Shown: positions 33,679 through 44,025, numbered from the stretch's first letter. The stretch is 54,804 nt of DNA from an uncultured marine group III euryarchaeote (GCA_902533295.1 CACALG010000002.1:1-54804); one strand, 5' to 3'. Program-made: numbers and translations. The notes: generated by a model from the sequence alone, not told the origin.

Positions 33679-36600
33679 TTAGAGGGCGTTGCCGTCTTCG
33701 TCACAAGGTACTTCTTCGCCTGTATCTGGATCAATGTAGTAGAATGAACCGTCTTCATCTTCATAGATTTCGACTTCATATTCATCATCATCGCCATCAA
33801 AGTCACCGAAGTCTCCAAAGTCTGCACCACCAACTGAACCACCAGATGCTGCTGCACTCAATAGATTCATAATATTATTCTCTACTGCTGCTGCATCTCT
33901 AGCCTCGGCTGAGGATTGAAGTGCGTCAATCTTGCGCTTGGTTGTTTCATAGGACTCTGTCATTTCAGTTAATTTTTCTAACTGCTCATCACGTTCCATC
34001 TTCAATATATGAGCTAATTGCTCTTCTATCTTAGATAGTTCACCACGTGCGGTGACAAGTCTGCCTAATGCATTGTGGAATCTCTCAGCTACCATTTCGA
34101 TATCTGGATCTTCTAAGTCCAATTGCATTTGCTCTTCTTCTTTTGCACTTGCTTCTTCAGCTGCTTCAAGCTCTTTGAGCTTTTCTTCAGCTGCTATCTC
34201 CTGGGCCTTAACCAGGATCTCATTGAAAGCTGAAAGATGCTCTTCCAACTTTGTAGCCGCTCGAGATGCGTCATAAGCGGAGACTTCCAATAGTTCTTCA
34301 CGCTCTGACAAACTCTCCATGCGGCGCTCTACACTTTCCAATCTTTGTCGGTCTCTGTCGTTCATTTCTTCATCTCCTGCTATTACACCTTGTTTCATTC
34401 TGAAGGATGTTGCTGATAGGATTACTCCTAACAAGAAAAATCCAACAAGTGCTACAAAGTTATAAAGGTAAGAATTGTCTCCCATTGTAACTGTGTTGTC
34501 GCCTACATTTATTGTAGTTGTTTGTACTGTATTACTGCCTGAATTGTCATATGCTGTTGCAGACACCGTATAATCACCTGCTGCAGCATAGGTGTGAGTG
34601 ACTGCTACTGCACTTCTACCATCCAATTCTGAACTGTCAAAAGTGACGCTGTTTCCGTCACCAAAGTCTATAACGAATTGAGTAATAGTTCCATCTGTAT
34701 CTTCAGGAACTGCAAATGAAAACGATTGTTCACTCTGTGCTATTGTATCAGTTGGTGCAGTAGGTGCTACAACTGTAGGATCTGTATTAGCAATAGTTGT
34801 TGTGAAAGTATGACTTCCGGTCATACCATTAGAATCTGTTGCAGTCATTGTAGTATGCCATGTTCCTGCATTTGTATATGCTCCACTTGCAAAGCCACCT
34901 GCCGCATCTGTAACACACTCAATTCCTTCATTGCTACAATCTGCTGTATTTTCTGTTAATAGTGCTGCATTGAATGTATTGACTGTTACTCCAAATGTGT
35001 GTGGAACTGATATTCCATCAACTGCATCTGATACTGTAAAGGATACATCACCACTTGCTGCTGCATGAACTGTAAAAGATAAAGTACCACTCTGACCAGC
35101 CTCTAGTAAAATCACAGCAGTGTCAAAACTTAATGCATCATCCATTGCAGTAACTGCAAAACCACTAGTGACACCCGTATTTGTTACTGTAACTGTTCCT
35201 GAAGCACTGTCGCCAGCATTGTGATTGTAACTAGCTGAGTCTGTAGAAACTGTAGCTGAACGTGTGTTATCTGCTACTGTGATAGTATATGGGCTATATG
35301 AGGCAGTCTCACCACCACCACCTGCTACACTAGCTGATGCTGTAGATGAGGACCCACTAGCTGCATCTGCTGGCACTGTGATTGTCAAAGTAGATGTGCC
35401 ACTTGCACCCTCTGCTAAGCTGAGAGAAGTTGATGAACTACCGCTCATCCATGTTGCATCAAAGAATACTGAAAAAGAATCTGCACCATTTCCATTGTTA
35501 GTGACTGTATAACTAATTGTGAAACTGTCACCTGGATTCAAAGTAGATGGTTGGTCACTAGTACCTAAGGCAATAGTTGCACCATAAGTTTGTTCTGCTG
35601 TAGTTGTTGCTGTAGCTCCATCACCATCTGGGAATTCCCCTGCATTGAAACTAATTACATCAGTGTCACCATTACTAGCTAATTCGCTAACTGTATGTGT
35701 GACTTCGACTGTGTGTGTTTGACCCATACCTAAAGTTACTTCATTTCCTGCTACTGCAAGTCCCCATTCATTACCTGAACTTGCTGAATAAGAAAAGGTT
35801 TCTTCTGCATTACCTGTGTTGGTTATTACAAATGAATAGGTTACATCGTTACCTGGAAGTGCTGAGCCTGAACTAGTTCCTATTGTAACTGAAACACTAG
35901 GATCGGTGGAAGCTACTGTTGTTTCACCGTTATGACTATTAGTCTCTGTATCATCATTACCGGCAGTTACTACTGCAGACCAGTGGTCAACAATTCCTGC
36001 TGCAACATGTGCAACATCCATCGTAATTGTAAATGTTTCAGTTGCACCTTTGGCAACTGTAACTGTTTGACTATCACTGCCTGAAGCAACCCATCCGTTG
36101 TCACTTGTTGCATCTACAGTAAAAGTGTCTTCAGAATTACCGTTATTAGTTATCTCAAAATCGTAACCATTTGAACCTGGTTGGAAGTTTCCATTACTTG
36201 GAGCAACCCATCCAAAACTACTTGTTCTAGTAACTTCAATAGTTTGTGAAAAACCATCTATAGCTTCTTCACCCCAATTATCATCAGCTACACGGAAACT
36301 TACTGAACGGGTTCCACCTAATTGATTAATAATATCTAATTCTGCTACTGTAAGAGTACATGATCCTGAATCACAGGTCATTTCTCTTTCAGAATCAGCT
36401 TCTATTGTAACATAAACTTTGAAAGTATCACCATTATCTGAGTTAGCATCACTTGCTGTAACATTGAAAACAAAATCGATTCCATTGAAATGCTTCTCTG
36501 CACTTCCAGTCACAAGTGTAGGTGCGTCGTTAATAGATACTGAAGGTCCTGAAATATCATCAGCACTTTCTGCACTATTAGAAGCTGAGAATGTAATTGC

Positions 36601-37602
36601 CTGAGCTGCATTTGCCCATGGAACTGTTGATATTACTGAATAATCTACTCCATTTTTACAATCTGAATTGCTTGCTCCCGCGACTAGAGATATAGAACCT
36701 ACTGCTCCTACTGTGACATCAACTGTAGGAGTTCCAGTACTGTCTGCATCAAAAACACAATATGTTACTGTGAAAGTAACGTTATCTTCTTCGCCAGCGC
36801 TTGTTGGTGAAACACCTGCATTCTTCAACCATGGTGTTTCAGTATCTACTGTAAATGTAGCTGTTCGATCATCGGCAGCATCATCATGTGAATCTGTAGC
36901 ACTTACAGTGACTGTAATGTCACCTCCGAGTTCTGTTGTGAAAACTTCTGAATAAACTGCACCATCTGTAGGATCATCATCTGACGTATCTAAAGTGAAT
37001 GAAGCTTCACAATTATCACTAGCATCACATGCTGTAGCACTAACTGTACCTTCATGTCCATCTGCATCAGTATAAGTTACGGTTATCGTGTATGTGTCTT
37101 CTGGCATTCCACCACCAGATACACTTGCATCATCAGTCAAAACAGGTAATGTATTAACACGAACTCCTGTGTCTTCTGTTGCATCCGGTGCAGGATAAGC
37201 TACATCGTCATCTAAGTTAGAACACTCTGCAACAAAACCGTATTCAATTGTATCTGAACCTGGGGAAGCAACAAGACTTTCAGCTGCAGGTAAATCTCCA
37301 ACAAGAATCGTATAGGTACCATCTGGATTTCCTCCTGAACAATCCGTACATCCTAATGTATAAGTGTCAGCTGTACCAGCAAACCAAACATAAACATTAA
37401 CCGTGCCAACATCCTCGTCCTGATCATCAAAATCTATTGTAAATTGCATCAACTGGTTACCATCTACACGAGATTCATCTGGAGTGACTCCGGCATTATT
37501 CAATGTTGCTGCTTCAGCACCATTTAATATAAATAAAGCCAATACGGCCAATCCTATAGCGGACACGAATGCAATACGACTATTTGTCATTTTATACACC
37601 AA
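33679..37602 (-). CDS. Giant type-I membrane surface protein (1307 aa): Ig-like/CARDB-like and PKD ectodomains, one TM, 240-aa cytoplasmic coiled-coil plus acidic tail
   Basis: Signal peptide. ITNNGNSEDTFTV / ITNTGNAEETFSY / VTNNGNGADSFSV / VTNTGVTSGFAV motifs. PKD-like FVIDFGDGNSVTF...HTYAAAGDYTVSATAYDNSG. TM YLYNFVALVGFFLLGVILSATSF (34402-34470). Heptad-rich, Glu/Leu/Ala-rich tail. The gene is visibly more GC-rich than its surroundings. Confidence 0.8.
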   Translation of the reverse strand: MVYKMTNSRIAFVSAIGLAVLALFILNGAEAATLNNAGVTPDESRVDGNQLMQFTIDFDDQDEDVGTVNVYVWFAGTADTYTLGCTDCSGGNPDGTYTILVGDLPAAESLVASPGSDTIEYGFVAECSNLDDDVAYPAPDATEDTGVRVNTLPVLTDDASVSGGGMPEDTYTITVTYTDADGHEGTVSATACDASDNCEASFTLDTSDDDPTDGAVYSEVFTTELGGDITVTVSATDSHDDAADDRTATFTVDTETPWLKNAGVSPTSAGEEDNVTFTVTYCVFDADSTGTPTVDVTVGAVGSISLVAGASNSDCKNGVDYSVISTVPWANAAQAITFSASNSAESADDISGPSVSINDAPTLVTGSAEKHFNGIDFVFNVTASDANSDNGDTFKVYVTIEADSEREMTCDSGSCTLTVAELDIINQLGGTRSVSFRVADDNWGEEAIDGFSQTIEVTRTSSFGWVAPSNGNFQPGSNGYDFEITNNGNSEDTFTVDATSDNGWVASGSDSQTVTVAKGATETFTITMDVAHVAAGIVDHWSAVVTAGNDDTETNSHNGETTVASTDPSVSVTIGTSSGSALPGNDVTYSFVITNTGNAEETFSYSASSGNEWGLAVAGNEVTLGMGQTHTVEVTHTVSELASNGDTDVISFNAGEFPDGDGATATTTAEQTYGATIALGTSDQPSTLNPGDSFTISYTVTNNGNGADSFSVFFDATWMSGSSSTSLSLAEGASGTSTLTITVPADAASGSSSTASASVAGGGGETASYSPYTITVADNTRSATVSTDSASYNHNAGDSASGTVTVTNTGVTSGFAVTAMDDALSFDTAVILLEAGQSGTLSFTVHAAASGDVSFTVSDAVDGISVPHTFGVTVNTFNAALLTENTADCSNEGIECVTDAAGGFASGAYTNAGTWHTTMTATDSNGMTGSHTFTTTIANTDPTVVAPTAPTDTIAQSEQSFSFAVPEDTDGTITQFVIDFGDGNSVTFDSSELDGRSAVAVTHTYAAAGDYTVSATAYDNSGSNTVQTTTINVGDNTVTMGDNSYLYNFVALVGFFLLGVILSATSFRMKQGVIAGDEEMNDRDRQRLESVERRMESLSEREELLEVSAYDASRAATKLEEHLSAFNEILVKAQEIAAEEKLKELEAAEEASAKEEEQMQLDLEDPDIEMVAERFHNALGRLVTARGELSKIEEQLAHILKMERDEQLEKLTEMTESYETTKRKIDALQSSAEARDAAAVENNIMNLLSAAASGGSVGGADFGDFGDFDGDDDEYEVEIYEDEDGSFYYIDPDTGEEVPCDEDGNAL

Positions 37603-37691
37603 TTTGCGACGACCCTGATTATGCCTCTGATTTTTACCAGATAACCATCAAAGTCAGTGCGTTACCACAATCCCGCTTTATATAAATTTAT

Positions 37692-39176
37692 TTGTTTGGA
37701 CAAATACCAGAACAACAGATAAATAATGGATTGTCTCACAACGATAATAGCATGATAGGTGATTCTATTTTTGACTTGAACATTTCAGGTCCAGTAATAT
37801 GTATTGCATGTTCAGAGGATGGAAATAGAATTGCAGTAGGAGACCGTAATGGAACCTTGACTTTAGTTGATAAAACTGGTTCAGTGATATGGCAGAAACA
37901 AATCGATGAAGGCATACATGGGTTGGCAATAATTGGCAATGGAAGCAAAGTTGTCTGTGGAGGTAAAGATTGCAAACTTAGGATGTTCAATTCAATGGGA
38001 AATGTTGAATGGGAACAAACTATCGGAAAATCAATATGGTCGCTGTCTGCAGATCCTAATGGACAACATATGGCAGTTGGAACTGGTGATTCTATTTCTA
38101 TGTTTACAGAAGGAGGATTACAATTGTGGGAATATCCAACAAATAGGGCAATGGTTGGAACTGGAATATCAAGAAATGGAACTGTTGTTATGGGATGTGG
38201 CGATGAATATCTATATTGCTTAGACAATGAAGGTAACTTGAAATGGGAAAAACAAAGAAGTGATTCTCTTTGGGATGTGTCTGTTGACAATAATAGTGAA
38301 ACTATATTCATAGGAGGATGGGATCAAAAAATACATTGTCTAGATTTAAATGGAAATGATTTGTGGAATCTCGAAACAGGAGGTTATGTCAGATCTGTAC
38401 AACCTTTAGAAAATGGAGGAGTAATTGCAGGTTCCCATGATAATCATATTTATCATTTGTCAAATTCCGGACAGCTATTAGAGAAAATTAATACCGAAGG
38501 TGAAATAACATGTATTTGTGCTTCAAAACAATTGGATATTGTCGTTGCAGGATTAGCAAACAAAATATGTGGTTTTGGAATAGATACTAATGCTAAACCA
38601 ATTATTAACACACCAGAACAAAGACCTGTAGAAATCCCCTCTATAACTATTGAAGAAGAGAGTAATGAGGAATATGAACCTATGTTTGGAGTAGGAATGT
38701 TTGATGAGCCTATACCCGATACAACTGGGATTTTAAGCAGAGATGAACCTGTTATTGAACAAACATCGACCCCTGCCTATAGTAGCCAAGTTGAAAATAC
38801 TAATTACTATAATAAAATACCTAGACAAAATACCGGTGGTGAATATAGAGAATTTGCTTCAGAAGTTGTGAAAGGAGATGTCAAAAATTACCTGAGACTA
38901 GGGAATTCAGCATGGATTGAAAAAAGACTAGAAAGAGCTGCTGAACATTACAAAAGAGCAACCGAAATTGATCCTGATGAACCGCGGGCATGGCACAACC
39001 TTGCCATCTGCAATTATCATCTTGCCCTAAAACGAAATCCAGAGAACATTAAAGGCGCTGTTCAAAGTGCTTATGGAGCGTTGGAAATTGCAAAAGAAAA
39101 AGGTGGAACTGATTATAAAGCTCCTGACAAAACCTTAGAATATTTTGCATCACAATTGGGATTAGAGACTGAATAA
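37692..39176 (+). CDS. PQQ/BamB-like beta-propeller repeat protein with a C-terminal TPR-like module
   Basis: Repeated G-x-[VIL]-x-W-[EQ]... units (GSVIWQKQ, GNVEWEQT, GLQLWEYP, GNLKWEKQ, GNDLWNLE). C-terminus AAEHYKRATEIDPDEPRAWHNLAICNY. No signal peptide. TTG at 37692; alternative ATG at 37752. Confidence 0.7.
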   Translation: MFGQIPEQQINNGLSHNDNSMIGDSIFDLNISGPVICIACSEDGNRIAVGDRNGTLTLVDKTGSVIWQKQIDEGIHGLAIIGNGSKVVCGGKDCKLRMFNSMGNVEWEQTIGKSIWSLSADPNGQHMAVGTGDSISMFTEGGLQLWEYPTNRAMVGTGISRNGTVVMGCGDEYLYCLDNEGNLKWEKQRSDSLWDVSVDNNSETIFIGGWDQKIHCLDLNGNDLWNLETGGYVRSVQPLENGGVIAGSHDNHIYHLSNSGQLLEKINTEGEITCICASKQLDIVVAGLANKICGFGIDTNAKPIINTPEQRPVEIPSITIEEESNEEYEPMFGVGMFDEPIPDTTGILSRDEPVIEQTSTPAYSSQVENTNYYNKIPRQNTGGEYREFASEVVKGDVKNYLRLGNSAWIEKRLERAAEHYKRATEIDPDEPRAWHNLAICNYHLALKRNPENIKGAVQSAYGALEIAKEKGGTDYKAPDKTLEYFASQLGLETE

Positions 39177-40283
39177 TTACAATTCAACAATTGTACCTGT
39201 ATAGAACGTGTACTCTACAAATAAAACCCAATCATTACCTTCATCTATTTGAACCAATAATTCAGGAACTACTGATGGTGCATCATTACAAGTTATCAAC
39301 GTATCCCATTGACCTTGTCCTTTTGCACTAGTATAACCATTTTGGAAAAGATATTCATTTACTTCTTGAACACTAGCAAAAGACAAAACCAAATTTGAAG
39401 GAATAGAACTTAACACATTGAAATCTAATAACATTTCACCTGACGTACTATTTTCAGTTAAATTCAATAGATAATTAGTACTAACTGACAAAGAGAAATC
39501 GTCTGGTCTAAGTGTACCAAGAAGTGAATCCTCAGAATCTGCGTCTTCATCCTCACTCCATTCTAGACGATAGGAAGCACTGGTAAGATTGTAAGGATAA
39601 TCATGATTCAATGGTGTTTGATCATCCTCTGCAGTATACCCTGCAAGAGCTGGAATCGTAACTGTCTGTTCCGAGAAACTTATATCATACGTACGAATTC
39701 GAACCAGAACCCAAGTTTGAGATGTACTAGAAAGATTGCCATTATCACTAACTACTAATGTAACTGTAAAATTACCTGTACTCTCATAAAAATGATTAGG
39801 GCGAATACCTTCACCTATATTTCCATCTCCAAAATCCCAAAGAAAAGTCAAAACATCTCCATCCGGATCGCTAGAGGAACCTCCATCAAAGAATGCCAGA
39901 CTATTTACTTTAATTGTCTGGCCTTTACCACCATAAGTTGATTCTAAACTGGCAACAGGTTGTTCATTACGATGTAAAATAGTTATTTGGGCCTTAGCAA
40001 CACCGATACTCCCTTCATCATCTATAACGGTCAATGTGATAGTATATTGGCCCTCGTCAACATATATATGATTGACAATTTCACCTGAACCTCCCAAATT
40101 GTCACCAAAATCCCATAAATAATTAGCACCATTTGGTTTCACTCCGTGTGCACGGAATTCACCAGAATCTCCTTCGATTAGTTCATACGGTGCTAAAATT
40201 TCAATACCTTCCAATTCCTCAGGTGTAGTGTCCAAGCAGCCTGGAAACATCACTAAAATTGCTATAGCTAGAGCTTTGCGCAC
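39177..40283 (-). CDS. Secreted lipoprotein with two PKD domains
   Basis: Lipobox-like MFPGC after a signal peptide. YLWDFGDNLGG...NHIYVDEGQYTITLTVIDDEG and FLWDFGDGNIG...NHFYESTGNFTVTLVVSDNG. GTG start. Confidence 0.75.
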   Translation of the reverse strand: MRKALAIAILVMFPGCLDTTPEELEGIEILAPYELIEGDSGEFRAHGVKPNGANYLWDFGDNLGGSGEIVNHIYVDEGQYTITLTVIDDEGSIGVAKAQITILHRNEQPVASLESTYGGKGQTIKVNSLAFFDGGSSSDPDGDVLTFLWDFGDGNIGEGIRPNHFYESTGNFTVTLVVSDNGNLSSTSQTWVLVRIRTYDISFSEQTVTIPALAGYTAEDDQTPLNHDYPYNLTSASYRLEWSEDEDADSEDSLLGTLRPDDFSLSVSTNYLLNLTENSTSGEMLLDFNVLSSIPSNLVLSFASVQEVNEYLFQNGYTSAKGQGQWDTLITCNDAPSVVPELLVQIDEGNDWVLFVEYTFYTGTIVEL

Positions 40284-40370
40284 AGTGTGCTAAATAGAGC
40301 ACATTTAATAATTAAGCTGGCTACCGATACCCTTTTTTACCATCTGAGACCGTGGCAACAAGGTTAATTT

Positions 40371-41084
40371 ATGCAAGCAGGACACATGGCTTATGACCGG
40401 GCTATCACGGTATTTTCTCCTGACGGGAGATTGTTTCAGGTAGAATATGCTAGAGAAGCAGTAAAGAGGGGAACAACCACAGTTGGTGTAAAGTTCAAAG
40501 ATGGAGTTGTACTAATAGTTGACAAAAGACTAAGTTCAAAATTAATTGAACCGGAAAGTATTGAAAAGATTTTCAAAATTGATGGGCACATTGGTTGCGC
40601 CACATCAGGATTAGTAGCTGATGCAAGGGCATTAGTTGACCGGGCAAGAGTTGAATGTCAAGTCAATTCTTTCAATTACAGCGAGGATTTAGCTGTTGAA
40701 TCATTAGTGAAAAAACTTTGTGACTTTAAACAAAGTTACACGCAGTATGGTGGAGTTAGACCTTTTGGTACTGCAATGCTGATTGGAGGAATAGATAGCT
40801 CTGGACCACATCTCTATGAAACTGATCCATCAGGTGCTTTAATGGCATACAAAGCAGGTGGAATTGGTGCTGGAAGAAATGAAGTTATGGAAGTTTTTGA
40901 AAAAGATTTCAAGGATAATATGAGTCAAAATCAAGCAATTAATTTAGGGCTAAAGGGGCTGTCAGCTGCTAATGAAAATAATCTAAAAGCTGATGTTATT
41001 GAAATAGCAGTAGTAAACACTAGTAAAGGTTTTCATAATCTAGACTCTAAAAGCGTTGGCGAGGCCGTAAAGAAAATTAAGTAA
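40371..41084 (+). CDS. psmA: Proteasome subunit alpha
   Basis: YDRAITVFSPDGRLFQVEYAREAVKRG signature. Confidence 0.95.
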   Translation: MQAGHMAYDRAITVFSPDGRLFQVEYAREAVKRGTTTVGVKFKDGVVLIVDKRLSSKLIEPESIEKIFKIDGHIGCATSGLVADARALVDRARVECQVNSFNYSEDLAVESLVKKLCDFKQSYTQYGGVRPFGTAMLIGGIDSSGPHLYETDPSGALMAYKAGGIGAGRNEVMEVFEKDFKDNMSQNQAINLGLKGLSAANENNLKADVIEIAVVNTSKGFHNLDSKSVGEAVKKIK

Positions 41085-41776
41085 TGGTTTCACTTGAAGA
41101 CGCAGTTACAGCCAGATACGAAACTGGAGGTAACCGTTTCGAGATTTTAATTGACCCTAAATCTGCTCAAAATTACAGAGAAGGGGATGAAATTGATTGG
41201 GAAGATGCAATTGCAGCTGATGGGGTATGGTCTGATAGTGCTAAAGGAGACAGAGCTCCAGATATTCTAGTCAATGATGCTTTTGGAACGACCGAATTAA
41301 TTGAAATATACAAAAAAATACTTACTGAAGGAACTATACAATTAACTGCTCAACAGCGCAAAGAGATGGTCGATCAAAAGAAGAAACAAATTATTGCGCA
41401 CATAGTAGCAAATGCAATGAACCCTCAAACTGGAGGGCCTCATCCTCCTCAAAGAATAGAAAATGCGATAGAGGAGGCTAGATTTTCTGTGGATCCAATG
41501 GAAACCATAGAACAACAAGTTGAAAAACTCATCAAATCAATAAAACCACTTATTCCAATTTCATTTGAGAAAATACGTGTGGCTGTAAAAATTAGAGCAA
41601 TACATGTCGGAAAATGCTATGGTCAAATATCAAGTCTAGCAAATATCCAAAGTGAAGAATATCAAAAAGATGGAAGTTGGATTGGTATGCTTGAAATGTC
41701 GGCTGCTTCTTTTGTAAAACTTGAAGACGTCTTAGGATCGTTGACTAAAGGCACTGCAGAAACTAAAATGCTATAG
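41084..41776 (+). CDS. sdo1: SBDS-family ribosome maturation protein (Sdo1)
   Basis: ARYETGGNRFEILIDP N-terminal FYSH-domain motif. Conserved position after psmA. Confidence 0.9.
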   Translation: MVSLEDAVTARYETGGNRFEILIDPKSAQNYREGDEIDWEDAIAADGVWSDSAKGDRAPDILVNDAFGTTELIEIYKKILTEGTIQLTAQQRKEMVDQKKKQIIAHIVANAMNPQTGGPHPPQRIENAIEEARFSVDPMETIEQQVEKLIKSIKPLIPISFEKIRVAVKIRAIHVGKCYGQISSLANIQSEEYQKDGSWIGMLEMSAASFVKLEDVLGSLTKGTAETKML

Positions 41777-41847
41777 TAGAAACAAATCTTCAAATAGGGG
41801 TGAGTTTGGAACGTGCTGTATTAGAAATAAAATAAGGATGATTCATA

Positions 41848-42519
41848 ATGAGCGAAGAATCAAGTAGCAAGAGTACAAGAAAGTTAGTTTTACCTGGTGA
41901 CCTAATGGAAACCAAGAGTAAGCCTGGAAAAGGAATATTTAGAAAAGATGGACGAGTTCATGCTTCAGTTGTAGGCCATTCAAGTGACAAATCAGGTTAC
42001 ATAAATGTAAATGGAATAAAAGGCAGATACAACCCTAAAACTGGTGATAAAATTATTGCCATATGTGCTGAAACTGGACCCTCAATATGGCGTATGGACA
42101 TTGGAGCGGCCTTTAATTCAACATTACACCACAGTGAATCTGGATGGAAAGTACCGTTCGGAGATACTGCAAGATTTCTATCTATAGGTGATGCAGTATG
42201 GGCTGAAATATTCATGGTAGATGCTGCCGGAACTCACCAAATTACTTTAAAGAAGGACGATTGTAGAAAATTATATTCTGGAACTATCGTTAAGATAGAT
42301 CCGACTAATGTTCCCCGTGTTATCGGTAAACAAGGATCTATGATTACTACAATTAGAGAAAAAACCCAAACCCGAATTCAAATTGGCCAAAATGGTTGTA
42401 TTTGGATTGATGGAAAAGGAGATGATATTTCATTAGCTCAAAAAGCTATTGAAATGATAAATGAAGAAGCAACTTCTAAAGGATTAACAAAAAAAATAGA
42501 AAAATTATTGGAGAAATAA
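41848..42519 (+). CDS. rrp4: Exosome complex RNA-binding subunit Rrp4 (S1 + KH)
   Basis: LVLPGDLM N-terminal region, S1-like middle region, KH motif VPRVIGKQGSMITTIREKT. Precedes rrp41. Confidence 0.85.
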   Translation: MSEESSSKSTRKLVLPGDLMETKSKPGKGIFRKDGRVHASVVGHSSDKSGYINVNGIKGRYNPKTGDKIIAICAETGPSIWRMDIGAAFNSTLHHSESGWKVPFGDTARFLSIGDAVWAEIFMVDAAGTHQITLKKDDCRKLYSGTIVKIDPTNVPRVIGKQGSMITTIREKTQTRIQIGQNGCIWIDGKGDDISLAQKAIEMINEEATSKGLTKKIEKLLEK

Positions 42520-42520
42520 A

Positions 42521-43243
42521 ATGGCTGGCCAAACTGATATGGAATTAATAAAAAACGGCGTCCGATTAGACGGACGAAAACCAGACGAGTTAAGAGAGGT
42601 CAAAATTGTCGCAGGAGTTTTAGACAATGCTGACGGATCTTGTTATCTTGAATGGGGAAATAACAAAGTTTATGCAGGGGTTTTCGGACCTATGGAATGT
42701 CATCCTAGACATAAACAGAAAGCTGATAGAGCAATTGTTCAAGCAAGATACACAATGGCTCCTTTCAGTGTAAATGATAGAAAGAGACCTGGACTAGACC
42801 GACGTTCTAGCGAAATTTCGTATATTGCTTCTCAAGCTTTTGAAAAAGTGGTTATGGTTGAAGAGTTTCCAAAAGCATCTATCAGAGTTGATATGCAAGT
42901 TGTAGAAGCACATGCAGGTACTAGATGTGCTGCAATAACTGCCGCATCTGTAGCTCTAGCTGATGCTGGAATTCCTATGAGAGATATGATTCCTGCTTGT
43001 GCATCTGGAAAGGTTAACGATATTGTTGTATTAGACTTGAACAAAGAAGAAGATAACTATGGACAAGCTGATTTACCATTAGCAATAATTCCAAGCACTG
43101 GTGAGGTAGTACTATTGCAATTAGATGGACATCTAACACCAGAACAATTTGAAGAAGCAATGGATTTAGCAACAAGTGGTTGTATGGATTTATATGATAA
43201 AATGAGAGCAGCTCTTGAAAACCGATATGGAGGTAAAAAATGA
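42521..43243 (+). CDS. rrp41: Exosome complex exonuclease Rrp41 (RNase PH fold)
   Basis: RLDGRKPDELREVKI...ADGSCYLEWGNNKV...DRR...QADL show the RNase PH pattern. Confidence 0.9.
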   Translation: MAGQTDMELIKNGVRLDGRKPDELREVKIVAGVLDNADGSCYLEWGNNKVYAGVFGPMECHPRHKQKADRAIVQARYTMAPFSVNDRKRPGLDRRSSEISYIASQAFEKVVMVEEFPKASIRVDMQVVEAHAGTRCAAITAASVALADAGIPMRDMIPACASGKVNDIVVLDLNKEEDNYGQADLPLAIIPSTGEVVLLQLDGHLTPEQFEEAMDLATSGCMDLYDKMRAALENRYGGKK

Positions 43244-44025
43244 GTAACGATCATGTTTCTAACCTAATGAAAGGACACATGGAATCCTTAGCTGCTGAAG
43301 GTAAAAGAGCAGATGGTAGAGGAATTAATGAATTTAGAGAAGTTAAAATTGAAACTGGGATGCTTAACACTGCCGAAGGTTCAGCAATGGTCCATCTTGG
43401 AAAAACAAAAGTTCTCTGTGGAATAAAGATGTTGATTGGAACTCCTTATGGAGATTCACCAAAAAGTGGAACCATGACAACTTCCACTGAATTAGCACCA
43501 CTAGCAGATCAATCCTTTGATCCTGGACCTCCTCGTGAACAATCAATTGAATTATCAAGAGTTGTTGATAGAGGAATTAGGGAGTCAAGAATGATTGATT
43601 TCGAAGCATTATGTATTGAGGAAGGAGAACGTGTATGGATGGTTTACATTGACTTGCATATTCTTGATAATGATGGTAACCTTTTCGATTGTTGTACTTT
43701 AGCTGCTGCTGCTGCACTTTCAAATGCAAAGATACCTAATGTTCAGCATGGTATTGCAGATGAAGATATTGATTTGCCAGTAACATGCTGGCCAATATCA
43801 TGTACTTTTGGAAAACTTGGAGATTCTGTTATTTTAGATGCTACATCTGATGAAGAAGGTGTAATGTCTGCAAGATTTACAGTAGCTCATGATGAAAATG
43901 GAAATCTTCGTGCCGCTCAAAAAGGTATGAATGGAGCTTTTACAGATGCTGAAATTAGAGAAGCTGTAAAAACTGCAAGGGCCAGCGATAATGTTTTACG
44001 TGAGGCTCTAAAAGGTATACAATGA
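43240..44025 (+). CDS. rrp42: Exosome complex subunit Rrp42 (inactive RNase PH fold)
   Basis: KRADGRGINEFREVKIETGMLNTAEGSAMVHLGKTKV. 4-nt overlap with rrp41. Confidence 0.9.
   Translation: MSNDHVSNLMKGHMESLAAEGKRADGRGINEFREVKIETGMLNTAEGSAMVHLGKTKVLCGIKMLIGTPYGDSPKSGTMTTSTELAPLADQSFDPGPPREQSIELSRVVDRGIRESRMIDFEALCIEEGERVWMVYIDLHILDNDGNLFDCCTLAAAAALSNAKIPNVQHGIADEDIDLPVTCWPISCTFGKLGDSVILDATSDEEGVMSARFTVAHDENGNLRAAQKGMNGAFTDAEIREAVKTARASDNVLREALKGIQ

Noticed and set aside
33627-33872. Two overlapping short ORFs with His/Met-rich translations (MAMMMNMKSKSMKMK..., HLHRFRLHIHHHRHQSH...)
   Set aside because: They are frame and strand artefacts of the GAT/GAA-rich DNA encoding the acidic C-terminal tail of the 1307-aa protein.
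34052-36955. Several 60-95-aa plus-strand ORFs (34052, 34726, 35264, 36419, 36668) with Ser/Ala/Cys-rich translations
   Set aside because: They are antisense to the GC-richer 1307-aa gene. Long antisense ORFs are expected when the sense strand is rich in ACN/GCN/GGN codons.
37736-38311. 191-aa minus-strand ORF and 96-aa alternative-frame ORF within the beta-propeller gene
   Set aside because: They lie entirely within a CDS that has a clear repeat-domain signature. The translations are compositionally odd and motif-free.
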